A stretch of DNA of 64,000 bases, taken from positions 160,001 to 224,000 of the forward strand of contig CAWIYV010000011.1 in assembly GCA_963840455.1 (NCBI GenBank), given 5' to 3'. This document shows, piece after piece, positions 47,036 through 58,495 of this stretch. The stretch is from Nitrospirota bacterium. Lineage in GTDB: Bacteria > Nitrospirota > UBA9217. Position 1 is the first letter of the stretch; each line of letters begins with the position of its first letter. Made by a program: the position numbers and the translations under genes. The notes under the pieces are model-generated. The model saw nothing but the letters and a program-made list of their open reading frames with translations, was not told where the DNA came from and did no database searches.

Positions 47036-48244
47036 TTAACTCTTCTTCTGCTCCATCTTGGCCTTCAGCAGTTCGCCGAAGGACCCGAGGTTCTGCGGGG
47101 CCGCGACCGACTGCTGCTTGTATTCCTTGATCGTCGCTGCCTCCTCTTCCTCGGCGCGCCGGACCTCGGCGAGCGCGAGGGAGATCTTCCTCTTCTCCCG
47201 GTCAACTGCCTCGATCTGCACCTCGACCGCCTGGCCTTCCTTCAGCACCTCGCGGGGATGGCTGAGCCTCCTGCCGCCTCCGAGCTTTGAGATGTGGATG
47301 AGGCCGTCAACACCCTGTGCCAGCGTCACGAAGGCACCGAAGGGCGCGAGGCGCGATACGGTCCCGCTGTGATAGGAACCCACGAGATAGTTATCCACCG
47401 CCTGGTCCCACGGGTCGGGCAGCGCGTCCTTCAGGCTGAAGGAGAACCGCTCCTGGTCCCAGTCGAGCTTCTTGAGGATGACCTCGACCTCCTGGCCGAC
47501 GGAGAGGACGTCGCCGACCTTCTCCGTCCTGCTCCAGGCGATCTCGGAGACCGGCAGCAGGCCTTCAACGCCGCCGATGTCCACGAATGCACCGAACTTC
47601 TGGATCGAGGTCACTTTGCCCCGCACCTTCATGCCTTCCTGCAGGCTCGCCTGCAGGGCCCGTTTTTTATCCTGCCGCTCGCCTTCAAGAATGGCCCTGC
47701 GGGACAGGACGATGTTCCGCCCGTTCTCGCCAAACTCGGCGATGTTGAAGGACAGGGACCTGCCGATGATGTCGGACTGCGGTTCGTCCCGCCGGAGACC
47801 CATCTGGGAGAAGGGGCAGAACGCGCGGACGGTCCCGCCGACCTTGATCTCGAACCCGCCCTTCACTTCCTTCGCCACCGTACCTTCGACGGGGATGCCG
47901 TTCCTCCATGCATCTTCGAGCTGGGTCTGTTTCCCCGGGCCCGATCCGATCTTCGTGGTGAAATGCATCTCGCTGTTCGCCGACGACTGGAAGTAGGCGC
48001 GCACCATGTCGCCTTCCCTGACCGCCAGGTTCCCGGCCTCGTCGGTGAGTTCCTTCCGGTCCAGGTAGCCTTCTCCCTTGCCGCCCAGGTCGAGGAAGAT
48101 CCACTCGCCCGTGATCTTGACGATCCTGGCCTCGACCATCTGGCCCGGCTCAAGCCGGCCCTGTTTCTTGAAGCTCTTCTCGAACATCTCGGCGAAGTTC
48201 TCTTCGCCGGACCCTGCGTTTGTTGGCTGGTTGTTGGTATCCAT
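47036..48244 (-). CDS. rpsA: 30S ribosomal protein S1 homolog (4 S1 domains)
   Basis: RAFCPFSQM, NIVLSRRA, FGAFVDIGGVEGLL, FGAFV...DGLIHIS. Confidence 0.85.
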   Translation of the reverse strand: MDTNNQPTNAGSGEENFAEMFEKSFKKQGRLEPGQMVEARIVKITGEWIFLDLGGKGEGYLDRKELTDEAGNLAVREGDMVRAYFQSSANSEMHFTTKIGSGPGKQTQLEDAWRNGIPVEGTVAKEVKGGFEIKVGGTVRAFCPFSQMGLRRDEPQSDIIGRSLSFNIAEFGENGRNIVLSRRAILEGERQDKKRALQASLQEGMKVRGKVTSIQKFGAFVDIGGVEGLLPVSEIAWSRTEKVGDVLSVGQEVEVILKKLDWDQERFSFSLKDALPDPWDQAVDNYLVGSYHSGTVSRLAPFGAFVTLAQGVDGLIHISKLGGGRRLSHPREVLKEGQAVEVQIEAVDREKRKISLALAEVRRAEEEEAATIKEYKQQSVAAPQNLGSFGELLKAKMEQKKS

Positions 48245-48342
48245 AAGGTCCCTTTCAAGATAATTTCAAATGACAGATCTCAAATAATATCCAAATTGAA
48301 AAATCCAATAGTTACGAACGGTCTCACACCGCGGCGATCCTG

Positions 48343-48404
48343 AGCGGGAATCCCGTCTTAGCCGTGAACTGCTGGATCCCCGATAGGAACGCTCGGGGAT
48401 GACG
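48343..48404 (-). repeat. GTCATCCCCG...CGGGGATCCAG REP-like palindrome
   Basis: ctggatccccgataggaacgctcggggatgac hairpin plus upstream gcgggaatcc half. Confidence 0.5.
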
Positions 48405-48419
48405 GTCGGTGCTTGGAAT

Positions 48420-49811
48420 TTATTTATTATTTAATGCTTGTGATATGGTGCTTCTTTTCCCCGTGTCTTCGCGTCTCCGCGTCTCCGTGTCGAGATTATG
48501 TGCCGTTCCCACGAGATCGTATTCCGCCGCGTCGGTGATCGTGACCTCCACGAACTCGCCGGGCAGGGCCTCGGTCTCGGAGAGATAGACCGCGCCGTCG
48601 ATCTCCGGCGCCTGGCTGGACAATCTTCCGAACAGGGCATCGTCCTCCAGGCCGTCCACGAGAACGACCGCACGCGTGCCGATGAGGGCCCGGTTCTTCC
48701 TGAGCGATATCTTCGCCTGGGCCTTCATGATCCGGTCGAGCCGTTCCTGCGCGACCTCGGGAGCGACCTGCGGCTCCAGCCGAACGGCCGGGGTCCCCTC
48801 TTCGGGAGAATAGGTGAACACACCGAGATGGTCGAACGCCGTCTCCTGCACGAAGGAGAGCAGCCGCTTGAACGCGGCCTCGGTCTCGCCGGGGAAGCCC
48901 GTAATGATCGATGTCCGGAGCGCGATCCCCGGGACCCGCTTCCGGAGCTTCTCGATGGTGCGCTTGATGTCGTCCGAGGTCCCCCGCCGGTTCATGGCGG
49001 CAAGGACCTTGTCGTCGATGTGCTGGACCGGGATGTCGAGATATTTACAAATCTTCTCCTCTTCCGCCAGGACCGCCATGAGCTCGTCGGTGATCCTGCC
49101 GGGATAGGCGTACATGAGGCGGACCCATCCGATGCCGCGGACCCGCGTCAATCTCCTCAGGAGCGCAGGAAGGTCCGTCGTCCCGTCCCGGTACCCCGTC
49201 GAGTCCTGCGCCAGGAGGATCAGCTCCTTCGCGCCGTTATCGGCCAGCTTCCGGGCCTCGTCGATGATCGACGCGGCGGGCCTGCTGACAAAGCTTCCCC
49301 GGATGATCGGAATGGCGCAGTAGGAGCAGCGGTTGCTGCACCCCTCGGCGATCTTAAGATAGCGGTAGTGGCGCGGCGTCGTGCTGAGCCGGGGCAGTCC
49401 GTAGACCATCGCGGGCGCCGAGACCCGGACAAGGGGCCCGCTCCCGGCCAGCGCCTGTTCGCAGATCTCGCCGATGCGGGCGACCTCCGCCGTGCCGATG
49501 ATGGCGTCCGCTTCGGGCAGCTCCTTCCGCAGTTCATCCTTATAGCGCTGCGCGAGGCAGCCGGCAACCACGAGGGCGCGGCACTTTCCCCGCTTCTTCA
49601 TGTTCGCGGCTTCCAGGATCGCCCCGATGGACTCCTCCTTGGCGGACTCGATGAAACCGCACGTGTTCACCACAATGATCTCGGCTTCCTGCTGGTCCGC
49701 GGTCAGCTCGAACCCCGAACCGGCAAGCACGCCCATCATCTGCTCGGCATCCACCTGGTTCTTGGGGCAGCCGAGGCTCACCATGCCTATCTTGTAGATT
49801 TTTTTCGTCAC
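48420..49811 (-). CDS. rimO: Ribosomal protein S12 methylthiotransferase
   Basis: SLGCPKN, NTCGFI, AEGCSNRCSYCAIP radical-SAM motif, APEIDG TRAM region. Confidence 0.95.
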   Translation of the reverse strand: MTKKIYKIGMVSLGCPKNQVDAEQMMGVLAGSGFELTADQQEAEIIVVNTCGFIESAKEESIGAILEAANMKKRGKCRALVVAGCLAQRYKDELRKELPEADAIIGTAEVARIGEICEQALAGSGPLVRVSAPAMVYGLPRLSTTPRHYRYLKIAEGCSNRCSYCAIPIIRGSFVSRPAASIIDEARKLADNGAKELILLAQDSTGYRDGTTDLPALLRRLTRVRGIGWVRLMYAYPGRITDELMAVLAEEEKICKYLDIPVQHIDDKVLAAMNRRGTSDDIKRTIEKLRKRVPGIALRTSIITGFPGETEAAFKRLLSFVQETAFDHLGVFTYSPEEGTPAVRLEPQVAPEVAQERLDRIMKAQAKISLRKNRALIGTRAVVLVDGLEDDALFGRLSSQAPEIDGAVYLSETEALPGEFVEVTITDAAEYDLVGTAHNLDTETRRREDTGKRSTISQALNNK

Positions 49812-49879
49812 GCGCTTGTTCCTGCAGCTGTGGAGAACCGGGAAGAAGATCGGGAAGAAGGACCACCGCGACCACAACC

Positions 49880-49994
49880 GTTGAAGCTTCCTGCAGCAAG
49901 CTGCAGGGAATCTTCGATCCTCAAGGAACTATTGTTATTCTAATCGCCCGCTAATCCCGCAGCAAGCTCCGGTACGGCGCTCGCTCCTGGATTC
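49880..49994 (+). repeat. Double-hairpin dispersed repeat, copy 7
   Basis: Matches 18524-18641 with a decayed second hairpin. Confidence 0.85.
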
Positions 49995-50046
49995 CGACCG
50001 ACGTGTATGATACCATTGTCGGGGTCGACGGACAACGTCTTTCTTG

Positions 50047-50505
50047 CTAGAACCCTCCGGACATGGCGAGGAAGCCTGCCAGTTTTTCGTTGGTCTCCCG
50101 CAGGCGCTTCGACAGGGTCTTCGTGAATGCCCAGAGAAGCTTGTAGCCCAGCTCGCGGTCCAGGATCAGGATCTTGTCGAGCTCGGTCTTGTTGATGGAG
50201 TACAGTTCAGAATCGCTGTTGGCGATTGCATGGGCCGAACGCGGGAAATTGTCGATAAGCGCCATCTCGCCGAAATAGTCCCCCGGCTTCAGCACCGCGA
50301 GGGCCTCCTCGCCGATGTTGGGGATGAACTTGCTGATGCGGACCTCGCCCTTCAGGATGATATAGCACCGGTCACCGGTGTCACCCTCCTTGAAGATGAC
50401 CGCGTCCTTGGCCGCGTTCTCGGGGCGGCCGATCCTCTCGATCTTGGCCAGTTCGGGCTCCAGAAGCGTTTCGAACAGATTGATCTTCTTGAGCAGAGGG
50501 ATCAC
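50047..50505 (-). CDS. Cyclic nucleotide-binding domain protein
   Basis: IFKEGDTGD, GDYFGEMAL...PRSAHA. Confidence 0.9.
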   Translation of the reverse strand: MIPLLKKINLFETLLEPELAKIERIGRPENAAKDAVIFKEGDTGDRCYIILKGEVRISKFIPNIGEEALAVLKPGDYFGEMALIDNFPRSAHAIANSDSELYSINKTELDKILILDRELGYKLLWAFTKTLSKRLRETNEKLAGFLAMSGGF

Positions 50506-50693
50506 GGAACCTCCTTGTCGTAACCGGGACAAACCAGAGCCAAAAACCGGGAACCGCGAAGGCGCAAAGGTCGCGAAGAAAATCCTGTGCCGCTTGAAAA
50601 AAAACAAGTTCCGATCTATTTTTGACGTCCTTCGAGTTCTTCGCGTCTCGCTGAGAAGCGCCTACTTTTGGTCGCGGTAATATTTTTTTTTGA

Positions 50694-51068
50694 TTAAAAC
50701 GTTCTCCGGTCCATCTCGAACGCGTTCCGGATGAGCTCCACCTTGTCTCCGTCCGCACCGCTGATCGCGACCACGTCGAAGCGGCAGGGCATCTGGTGGA
50801 GCTTCTTGTACTTCAGGTAGCCAAGCGCGGCCTTGATCATGCGTTCCTGCTTCCGCCGGTCCACTGCCAGCTCGGGCGCGCCATAGGCGTTGCTCGTCCT
50901 CGTCTTCACTTCCACGAACACCAGCGTGTCCCCATCGAGGGCGATCAGGTCGAGCTCCCCCTGGGGCGCCCTATAGTTGCGCTCCAGGATGGTGTATCCC
51001 CGGCCGGCAAGATGTTTCGCGGCACGATCTTCGCCAGACCGTCCCAGCAGTTTCCCGAGCAGGCTCAC
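50694..51068 (-). CDS. yraN: YraN family nuclease-like protein
   Basis: GEDRAA, GELDLI, FVEVKTR, RFDVVAI, NAF. Confidence 0.92.
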   Translation of the reverse strand: MSLLGKLLGRSGEDRAAKHLAGRGYTILERNYRAPQGELDLIALDGDTLVFVEVKTRTSNAYGAPELAVDRRKQERMIKAALGYLKYKKLHQMPCRFDVVAISGADGDKVELIRNAFEMDRRTF

Positions 51069-51754
51069 CGGGACCCCGCCCGAAGCATTTCCGCGACAGG
51101 CTGGAAGCTTTTGCGGTGCGCATCGCAGGGACCGTGGAGCCGGATCATCTCCATGTGCTCCTTCGTTCCATAGCCTTTATGCTTCAGAAAATTATACTGG
51201 GGATATCGCTCGTGCAGATCCCGCATGAGGCGGTCGCGGGTCACTTTGGCAATGATCGATGCTGCTGAGATGGAATGGCTCCTGCAGTCGCCTTTGACAA
51301 CGGCCTGCTGGGAACAGCGTACGCGGGAAAGGCCGCAGTTGCCATCGATGAGAAGATGGTCCGGTGGCGGGGTGATGGCAGCGAGCGCCCGCTCCATGGC
51401 AAGGAGCGAGGCCTCGCGGATGTTGACCATATCGATGGTCCGCTCGTCCACGATGCCGATGCCGTAAGCGACTGCCGCACCAACAATAACGCCGAAGAGG
51501 CGTTCCCGCTCCTCTTCGGCGATCTGCTTTGAGTCGGTGACCCCGGGGATGATAAGGCCCTCAGGCAGGACAACGGCTGCAGCCACGACCGGACCGGCAA
51601 GCGGTCCGCGCCCGACCTCGTCCACTCCCGCGATGCGAACGGCTCCCCCTGCCCGTGCGCTTCGCTCATAGACCAACGGGTCGATGGGAATATCGAACAG
51701 ACCGTCCATTCCCGCCGGACGCGTCACCCGCGGACGGGATCCACCACGGGGCAT
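51065..51754 (-). CDS. rnhB: Ribonuclease HII
   Basis: GVDEVGRGPLAGPV, DSK, LIDG, ISAASIIAKVTRD, HKGYGT; exact start uncertain. Confidence 0.95.
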   Translation of the reverse strand: MPRGGSRPRVTRPAGMDGLFDIPIDPLVYERSARAGGAVRIAGVDEVGRGPLAGPVVAAAVVLPEGLIIPGVTDSKQIAEEERERLFGVIVGAAVAYGIGIVDERTIDMVNIREASLLAMERALAAITPPPDHLLIDGNCGLSRVRCSQQAVVKGDCRSHSISAASIIAKVTRDRLMRDLHERYPQYNFLKHKGYGTKEHMEMIRLHGPCDAHRKSFQPVAEMLRAGSR

Positions 51755-51813
51755 AAGCACCTCGGACAATGAAAATGACGAACTCAAAATTCAATACAAC
51801 CTGCGTTTGAATC

Positions 51814-51932
51814 TTGAATCCATGAGCGAGCGCCAACCCCGTAGCTTGCTACAGGGTTAGCGAGCGATTAGAATATCGATAGCTTCCTTGAGGATCGAAG
51901 ATTCCCTGCAGCTTGCTGCGGAGAGCTTCAAT
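51814..51932 (-). repeat. Double-hairpin dispersed repeat, copy 8
   Basis: Reverse-complement copy between rplS and rnhB. Confidence 0.85.
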
Positions 51933-51954
51933 GTTGAATATTGAATCTGTAGTA

Positions 51955-52353
51955 CTACTTCGCCTGCTCGGCGGATTGGTCGGCGCCGGCCACCACGGCA
52001 TAGGTGCGTTCCTTCTCCTTGATCCGGGCGGCCTTGCCGCGCAGTTCGCGGAGGAAGTACAGCTTGGCCCGGCGGACCTTGCCTTCCTTGGCCAGCTCGA
52101 TCTTGTCGATCATGGGCGAGTGGACCGGGAAGAGCCGCTCAACGCCGACACCGTACGAGAGCTTCCGCACCCGGACGGACTCGCGCGAGCCGGAGCCCTG
52201 GCGGCCGATCACCACGCCCTCGAAGATCTGGATCCTTTCCTTGTCGCCTTCCACTACCTTCGCATGGACCTTGACGGTGTCCCCCACGCGGAAGCTCGGG
52301 ATCCCCTGCTTCAGCTGGGGCTTCTCGATGGCATTAAGAATGGTGATGTTCAT
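51955..52353 (-). CDS. rplS: 50S ribosomal protein L19
   Basis: [34 protein letters not shown]. Confidence 0.98.
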   Translation of the reverse strand: MNITILNAIEKPQLKQGIPSFRVGDTVKVHAKVVEGDKERIQIFEGVVIGRQGSGSRESVRVRKLSYGVGVERLFPVHSPMIDKIELAKEGKVRRAKLYFLRELRGKAARIKEKERTYAVVAGADQSAEQAK

Positions 52354-52375
52354 GGTAAACCTCCTATAGCTTCGC

Positions 52376-52466
52376 TAATGGTAAAATGGGAAATTGTAAA
52401 GTTCAAATTGAAAATTTCACTGCTTTCCATTTACAATTTCCAATCTGCAATTTACAATTTTAAATT
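52376..52466. repeat. 7-nt-periodic AT-rich inverted repeat array
   Basis: aaatggg/aaattgt/aaagttc/aaattga ... ccattt/acaattt/ccaatct/gcaattt/acaattt. Confidence 0.6.
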
Positions 52467-53207
52467 CTGTTTCAGCTCCTGCAGGATCTTCCGGTCCTCA
52501 TCGCTCAGGTCCGCGGTCTCCAGCAGGTCCGGCCGCTTGAGGAGCGTGGCCCGGAGGGATTCGCGCCGCCGCCACTTCATGATCGCGTCATGGTTCCCGG
52601 AGAGCAGGACCTCGGGCACCTGCATGCCCCGGAACTCTGCCGGCCGCGTATAATGCGGATGATCGAGGAGACCGTCGCCGAAGGAGTCCCGGTAGGCTGA
52701 CTCCTCGTCGCCCAGCACCCCGGGTACCAGCCGCGCTGCCGCGTCGATCACCACCAGCGCTGCAAGCTCGCCGCCGGTCAGCACGTAGTCCCCGACGGAA
52801 AGTTCTTCGTCCACCAGGGCGTCCTTCACCCGCTCGTCGATTGCCTCGTAGTGACCGCAGAGCAAAATGACCCTGCGCCGTTCCCGGGAGAGCCGCTCCG
52901 CGTACCGCTGGTCGAACAGCGTTCCCTGCGGCGAGAGCAGGACCGTGAAGAAGCTTTCGCCGGGGGACGCGGCCTTCACCGCATCAACAGCCCTGAAGAT
53001 AGGTTCCGGCTTCAGCACCATGCCCGCTTCGCCGCCATACGGGCTGTCATCCGCTTTCCGGTGTTTATCTTCCGTATAGTCCCGGACGTTCCAGGTCCGG
53101 ACGAAGAGAAGCCCCTTCTCCCGCCCGCGCTTCAAAATGCTTTCATTGAGCGGCCCGGCAAGGATCCCCGGAAACAGGGTGAGCACTTCGAAGTTCAGTG
53201 TTCCCAT
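52452..53207 (-). CDS. trmD: tRNA (guanine37-N1)-methyltransferase
   Basis: LTLFP, PYGG..GMV, LSPQG, CGHYEAIDER, SVGDYVLTGGE, PHYTRP. Confidence 0.98.
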   Translation of the reverse strand: MGTLNFEVLTLFPGILAGPLNESILKRGREKGLLFVRTWNVRDYTEDKHRKADDSPYGGEAGMVLKPEPIFRAVDAVKAASPGESFFTVLLSPQGTLFDQRYAERLSRERRRVILLCGHYEAIDERVKDALVDEELSVGDYVLTGGELAALVVIDAAARLVPGVLGDEESAYRDSFGDGLLDHPHYTRPAEFRGMQVPEVLLSGNHDAIMKWRRRESLRATLLKRPDLLETADLSDEDRKILQELKQNLKL

Positions 53208-53237
53208 AGCTCAAGCCGGAAAACGGCAGCCGCATTT

Positions 53238-53367
53238 CGCCACGGAGTCACGGAGAGCACAGAGAAAACCACGAACATGAGATGATCACGGTTTAGTTGC
53301 TAATCTTCGCGTCATCAGCCGTTCTGCCCTTCACGTATTCCTCAGTGACCTCTGAGCCTCTGTGGCA
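53238..53367. repeat. 9-nt-periodic inverted-repeat element (GCCAC...GTGGC)
   Basis: gccacggagtcacggagagcacagag ... ctcagtgacctctgagcctctgtggc. Confidence 0.6.
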
Positions 53368-53380
53368 GATGTTCCTGTTC

Positions 53381-53902
53381 TTAATCCAGCAGGCCTTCCA
53401 TCACGTGGATGACCATGCGCTTCGCCGCGCGGTCGATCTGCCGGATGACTTCCTTGGTCGCAGGCAGATAGACTTCCTTCCCGCCCGCCTTCATTACATA
53501 GACGTCGTTGCTGCCGGTCTCGAAGATGTCAACGATCGTGCCGAGCTTCTCACCGGTCTCGGAGAGGACCTCCATGCCGATGAGCTCGAACCAGTAATAC
53601 TGCCCCTCAGGCAAAGGGACCGTCTCTTCCTGGGGGACCTGCACCAGCCAGCCGTTCAGTTCCCGCGCTTTCTCCGGGCTGTCATACCCCTTGAGGAGGA
53701 GGACCGGGGTCCCGTCCATATACCTCACCGATCTGACCGCGCATGCCCTGCTCTCCCCGCGGGAAGAGGTCAGGTACACCCGGCGCAGTTCCGTGAACCG
53801 TTCCGGGTGGTCCGTCAGGGCCTCGATCTTGATCTCGCCCTTGACGCCATGGGTCTTCTGCACCCTGCCGATGGTGATGAGCATGACGTCCACAGCTTGC
53901 AA
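53381..53902 (-). CDS. rimM: Ribosome maturation factor RimM
   Basis: IGRVQKTHGVKGE, YYWFELIG, TGSNDVYV. Confidence 0.95.
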   Translation of the reverse strand: MQAVDVMLITIGRVQKTHGVKGEIKIEALTDHPERFTELRRVYLTSSRGESRACAVRSVRYMDGTPVLLLKGYDSPEKARELNGWLVQVPQEETVPLPEGQYYWFELIGMEVLSETGEKLGTIVDIFETGSNDVYVMKAGGKEVYLPATKEVIRQIDRAAKRMVIHVMEGLLD

Positions 53903-53952
53903 ACTTGTCAGCGGCTCGACTGAGCTCGCCGAAGTCCTGCAGGCTTGACAGC

Positions 53953-54213
53953 TTACTTCGCGGCGAACTGCTTCATGATCCCGACCTTGGAAAGCAGGGA
54001 CCTGACCGTATCGGTGGGTACAGCACCCTTCTTGAGCCAGTCGAGGGCCTTTCCCTCGTCAACCTTCACCGGGGCGTCCTTCTTGACCGGATCGTAGGTC
54101 CCGATCTCCTCGATGAAGCGTCCGTCGCGCGGCGAACGGGAATCAGCGACGATCACCCGGTAGAACGGTTTCTTGTGGGTGCCTATCCTCTTGAGCCTTA
54201 TCTTTACTGCCAT
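53953..54213 (-). CDS. rpsP: 30S ribosomal protein S16
   Basis: [29 protein letters not shown]. Confidence 0.98.
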   Translation of the reverse strand: MAVKIRLKRIGTHKKPFYRVIVADSRSPRDGRFIEEIGTYDPVKKDAPVKVDEGKALDWLKKGAVPTDTVRSLLSKVGIMKQFAAK

Positions 54214-54233
54214 GTCTTCACCTCTTTCTGTTG

Positions 54234-54353
54234 ATTGAAGCCCCCTGCAGCAAGCTGCAGGGGACCTTTGATCCTCAAGGTAGTACTATTTATTCTAATC
54301 GCTCGCTAGCCCCGCAGCAAGCTACGGGGAATGCGCTCGCTCCTGGATTCAAT
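54234..54353 (+). repeat. Double-hairpin dispersed repeat, copy 9 (ATTGAA...TTCAAT termini intact)
   Basis: Full copy between ffh and rpsP. Confidence 0.9.
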
Positions 54354-54455
54354 TCCACTCTATCTGAGAAACTTGACCGCCTATGCCACGATTCAGATAT
54401 CTCAATTCTTATTCGTGAAACTCATCCATTCGTGTTATTCGCGTTCTGCTTTGCC

Positions 54456-55790
<1,335 letters not shown>

Positions 55791-55946
55791 GGGATTCCCG
55801 GGAACGGCAAAGAATAAGAATAATAAGAGATAAGTCCATTATTGTCAAGGATTTTCTCGCCTGAATAGACCATTTTCCAGCCCATGGATCCGACCCGGCA
55901 GTCTCGCTGCTACCGTCGCGGCGCACACAGTTAGTTTCGAAATTCA

Positions 55947-55975
55947 TTGACTATATCTCAATCGACAATTATAAT
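55947..55975 (+). promoter_or_regulatory. Sigma-70 promoter of the rhodanese selenoprotein gene
   Basis: TTGACT-N17-TATAAT. Confidence 0.65.
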
Positions 55976-56096
55976 AAAAGCTCACAATTGTAATTTGCCA
56001 TATGGCAGCTCTCTGGAACCTGCTGATTTTTCTTCATTCAGAGTTAATGTCTAAATCTGCCTTTTCCAAGGCACAGACTAAAAAGGAGGAGATACC

Positions 56097-57509
56097 ATGT
56101 TGCGAAAATGCATCAGCCTTTCCCTTGCAACGGTCCTGACATCCGGCATCCTTATCGCCGGCCAGGCCGGAGCGCAGGAAAAGGCCGCAGCACCGGCAGC
56201 TCCGCAGGCGAAGCCCACCGTGGCCAAGGTCTGCGCGAACTGTCACCAGCCGCAGCCCGGGAACCTTCGGGCAAATTTCGACAGCGTAGCCTACAAGACC
56301 AGGTCGATCCAGGTCAAGATCGACGAGGCGACCGAGATCCTGCGGTTCGATGATAAGCTCCAGCTCGTGAACATCCAGGCCCCCGCCGACGCACCGGACC
56401 AGCCGCTCCGGGCGCTCAAGAAGGGCAAGGAGGTCCGGATCGAGTATACCGAGAAGGACGGCAAGAAGTTCATGACCCTTATCTCGGCCAAGCCGCCCAT
56501 CAAGATCGCGCCCGAGAAGATGGTCAAGACCGAGGACGTTGAGAAGCTCGTTGCGCTGGGTCCGGAAAAGGGCAAGTATATGCTTATCGATGCCCGGCCG
56601 CTTCCGCGGTTCCAGGAAGGCTTCATTCCCACGGCGGTGAACATCCCCTTCCCGGCCTTCGAGAAGATGAAGGACAAGCTCCCGGCGGACAAGGCGACGC
56701 TCATCGTCTATTACTGCGCCGGGGTCACCTGAGCGATGAGCCCTGACTCTGCCCGGCGGGCAGAGAACCTTGGTTACACCAATGTGAAGGTCTACCACGA
56801 CGGCGTGCCGGAGTGGGTGAAGCGGAACTATCTCGTACTGTCAACGCAGTTCCTGAAGGATGCATGGATCGAGAAGGACATCCCGCATGTGCTCGTGGAC
56901 GTGCGGCCCGCAGCGGAAGCTGAAAAGGGATTCATCAAGGGCGCGGTCACGGTCCCCGTCGTAGAGATCGAGAAGGCCATCGCCAAGTTCCCGCCCAAGG
57001 ACAAGAAGGCGCCCATCATGATCTACGATCAGAAGGGCGGCGATGACGCGGTCAAGGCGGCGAAGGCGCTCATCACGGCGGGCTATGCGCCGGTGGACAT
57101 CGTATCAGGCGGGTTCGACGGCTGGAAGGCTGCGGGCTTCCCGGTCCAGACGGGCAAGCTCGCGACGAACATCGTGTACGTGCCCAAGCCGCGGCCCGGC
57201 GAGATCTCCATCGAGGACTTCACGAAGATCGCCATGAATACGCCTGCGGACACCCTGATCCTCGATGTACGCAACCGCGACGAGGGCAATGCCGGCATGA
57301 TCAAGGGCGCGAAGCTCGTGCCCGACGAGGAGATCCTCGACCGGTTTGCCGAGGTCCCGAAGGACAAGAAGATCGTGACCCATTGCTCCACAGGCGTGCG
57401 TGCCGAGATGGCCTACCACAAGCTGAAGGAGAAGGGCTACAACGTCCAGTTCCTGAACGCCAAGGTGGAGATCAACGACAAGGGCGAGTTCAAGCTCGAG
57501 AAGCCCTGA
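56097..57509 (+). CDS. Predicted exported selenoprotein: heme-c motif + three rhodanese domains (470 aa, Sec212)
   Basis: ORFs 56097..56732 and 56736..57509 are in the same frame, separated only by TGA in YCAGVT-U-AMS. Signal peptide, CANCH, hairpin after the TGA. Confidence 0.87.
56747..56765 (+). promoter_or_regulatory. Candidate bacterial SECIS hairpin
   Basis: CTCTGCCC-GGC-GGGCAGAG, 14 nt after TGA 56730-56732. Confidence 0.75.
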
Positions 57510-57515
57510 TGTGCC

Positions 57516-57569
57516 GTTGAAGCTCCCTGCAGCAAACTGCGGGGAAATGCGCTCGCTCCTGAATTCAAT
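57516..57569 (+). repeat. Internally deleted single-hairpin derivative of the dispersed repeat (copy 10)
   Basis: gttgaagctccctgcagcaaactgcggggaaatgcgctcgctcctgaattcaat. Confidence 0.8.
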
Positions 57570-57577
57570 ACCATTGC

Positions 57578-57613
57578 AAAAGCCCCGGGGAAGAACCTCC
57601 GGGGCTTTTTTTT
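57578..57613. terminator. Bidirectional rho-independent terminator
   Basis: aaaagccccgggg-aagaa-cctccggggctttttttt between convergent genes. Confidence 0.85.
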
Positions 57614-57640
57614 CAGCGCGCTGAACGTCGCCAGACCCGG

Positions 57641-58495
57641 TCAGGGCGCGCCGGGGAAACGCCGTTTTTCCAGAAGCAATACCATGCGGTCCAGGTGGAC
57701 CTTCTCCTCAGCTGCAAGGACCTGGAATACCCGCTTCGCGCTTTCCCCTGCCAGCTCCCGCTCCATTCTGATGTAGAGATCAAATGCGTGCGACTCCAGC
57801 GCTATGGACAGGTCCAGGACGTCGTTCACATCCTTGCCCTTCACCCATTCGAGGGCCTTCGTCACCGACATGCCTCCCTCCATCACCTCTCCCGGGACAG
57901 TACCCAAAAAGAACGCCTCCGGGATCGCCGTAGCAGCCGTGTCGCCGGTCGCCTCGCGATATACTCCGACCAGGGCCGCCTTGTGATGGTCCTCGGCACG
58001 CACTAGTCCGTCGAAGAGGCCGACGGCTTCGCGGTCCTCAAGTGCTGACGCCATGCTGTGGTAGAACCGTCGCGATCCTTCCTCCAGCGACCACGCGAGG
58101 GCGATCAGCTCTTCGGGCTTTTCCCTGCCGGAGAACAGGACCATGCCTGCCTCGGGCGGACCGTCGACAACGAGGCCGCGCCAGGCCTGGATCCCGCCCT
58201 CCATGCTGAACACGTTCGTGAAACCGGCGTCGAGCAGGATGCTCGCTGCAGCCCGGCTTCGGTTCCCGGAACGGCAATAGAGCACGGTCGGCCGGGAACG
58301 GTCGAGCTCCCGCTCGCGCTCATACAGATCTCCCAGCGGGACGAGCGCCGCGCCGGGGATATGTCCCTGGCCGTATTCGCCCGGCTGACGTACATCGATG
58401 AGATTATACGCGCCCGGGTCTCTCTCCCTGAGCAGGTCCTTCACCTGCCGGGCGGTCATGGCAGGTATGGGTTTGAACGGGCCGGTGGGGATCAT
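57641..58495 (-). CDS. Rhodanese domain + rubrerythrin/ferritin-like domain protein
   Basis: IDVRQPGEY..GHIPGA, YCRSGNRS; then EEGSRRFY...EDHH and ESHAFDLY...EEKVH di-iron motifs. Confidence 0.88.
   Translation of the reverse strand: MIPTGPFKPIPAMTARQVKDLLRERDPGAYNLIDVRQPGEYGQGHIPGAALVPLGDLYERERELDRSRPTVLYCRSGNRSRAAASILLDAGFTNVFSMEGGIQAWRGLVVDGPPEAGMVLFSGREKPEELIALAWSLEEGSRRFYHSMASALEDREAVGLFDGLVRAEDHHKAALVGVYREATGDTAATAIPEAFFLGTVPGEVMEGGMSVTKALEWVKGKDVNDVLDLSIALESHAFDLYIRMERELAGESAKRVFQVLAAEEKVHLDRMVLLLEKRRFPGAP

Noticed and set aside
53903-53952. Missing KH-domain gene between rpsP and rimM
   Set aside because: Its absence is common across lineages; no remnant is visible.
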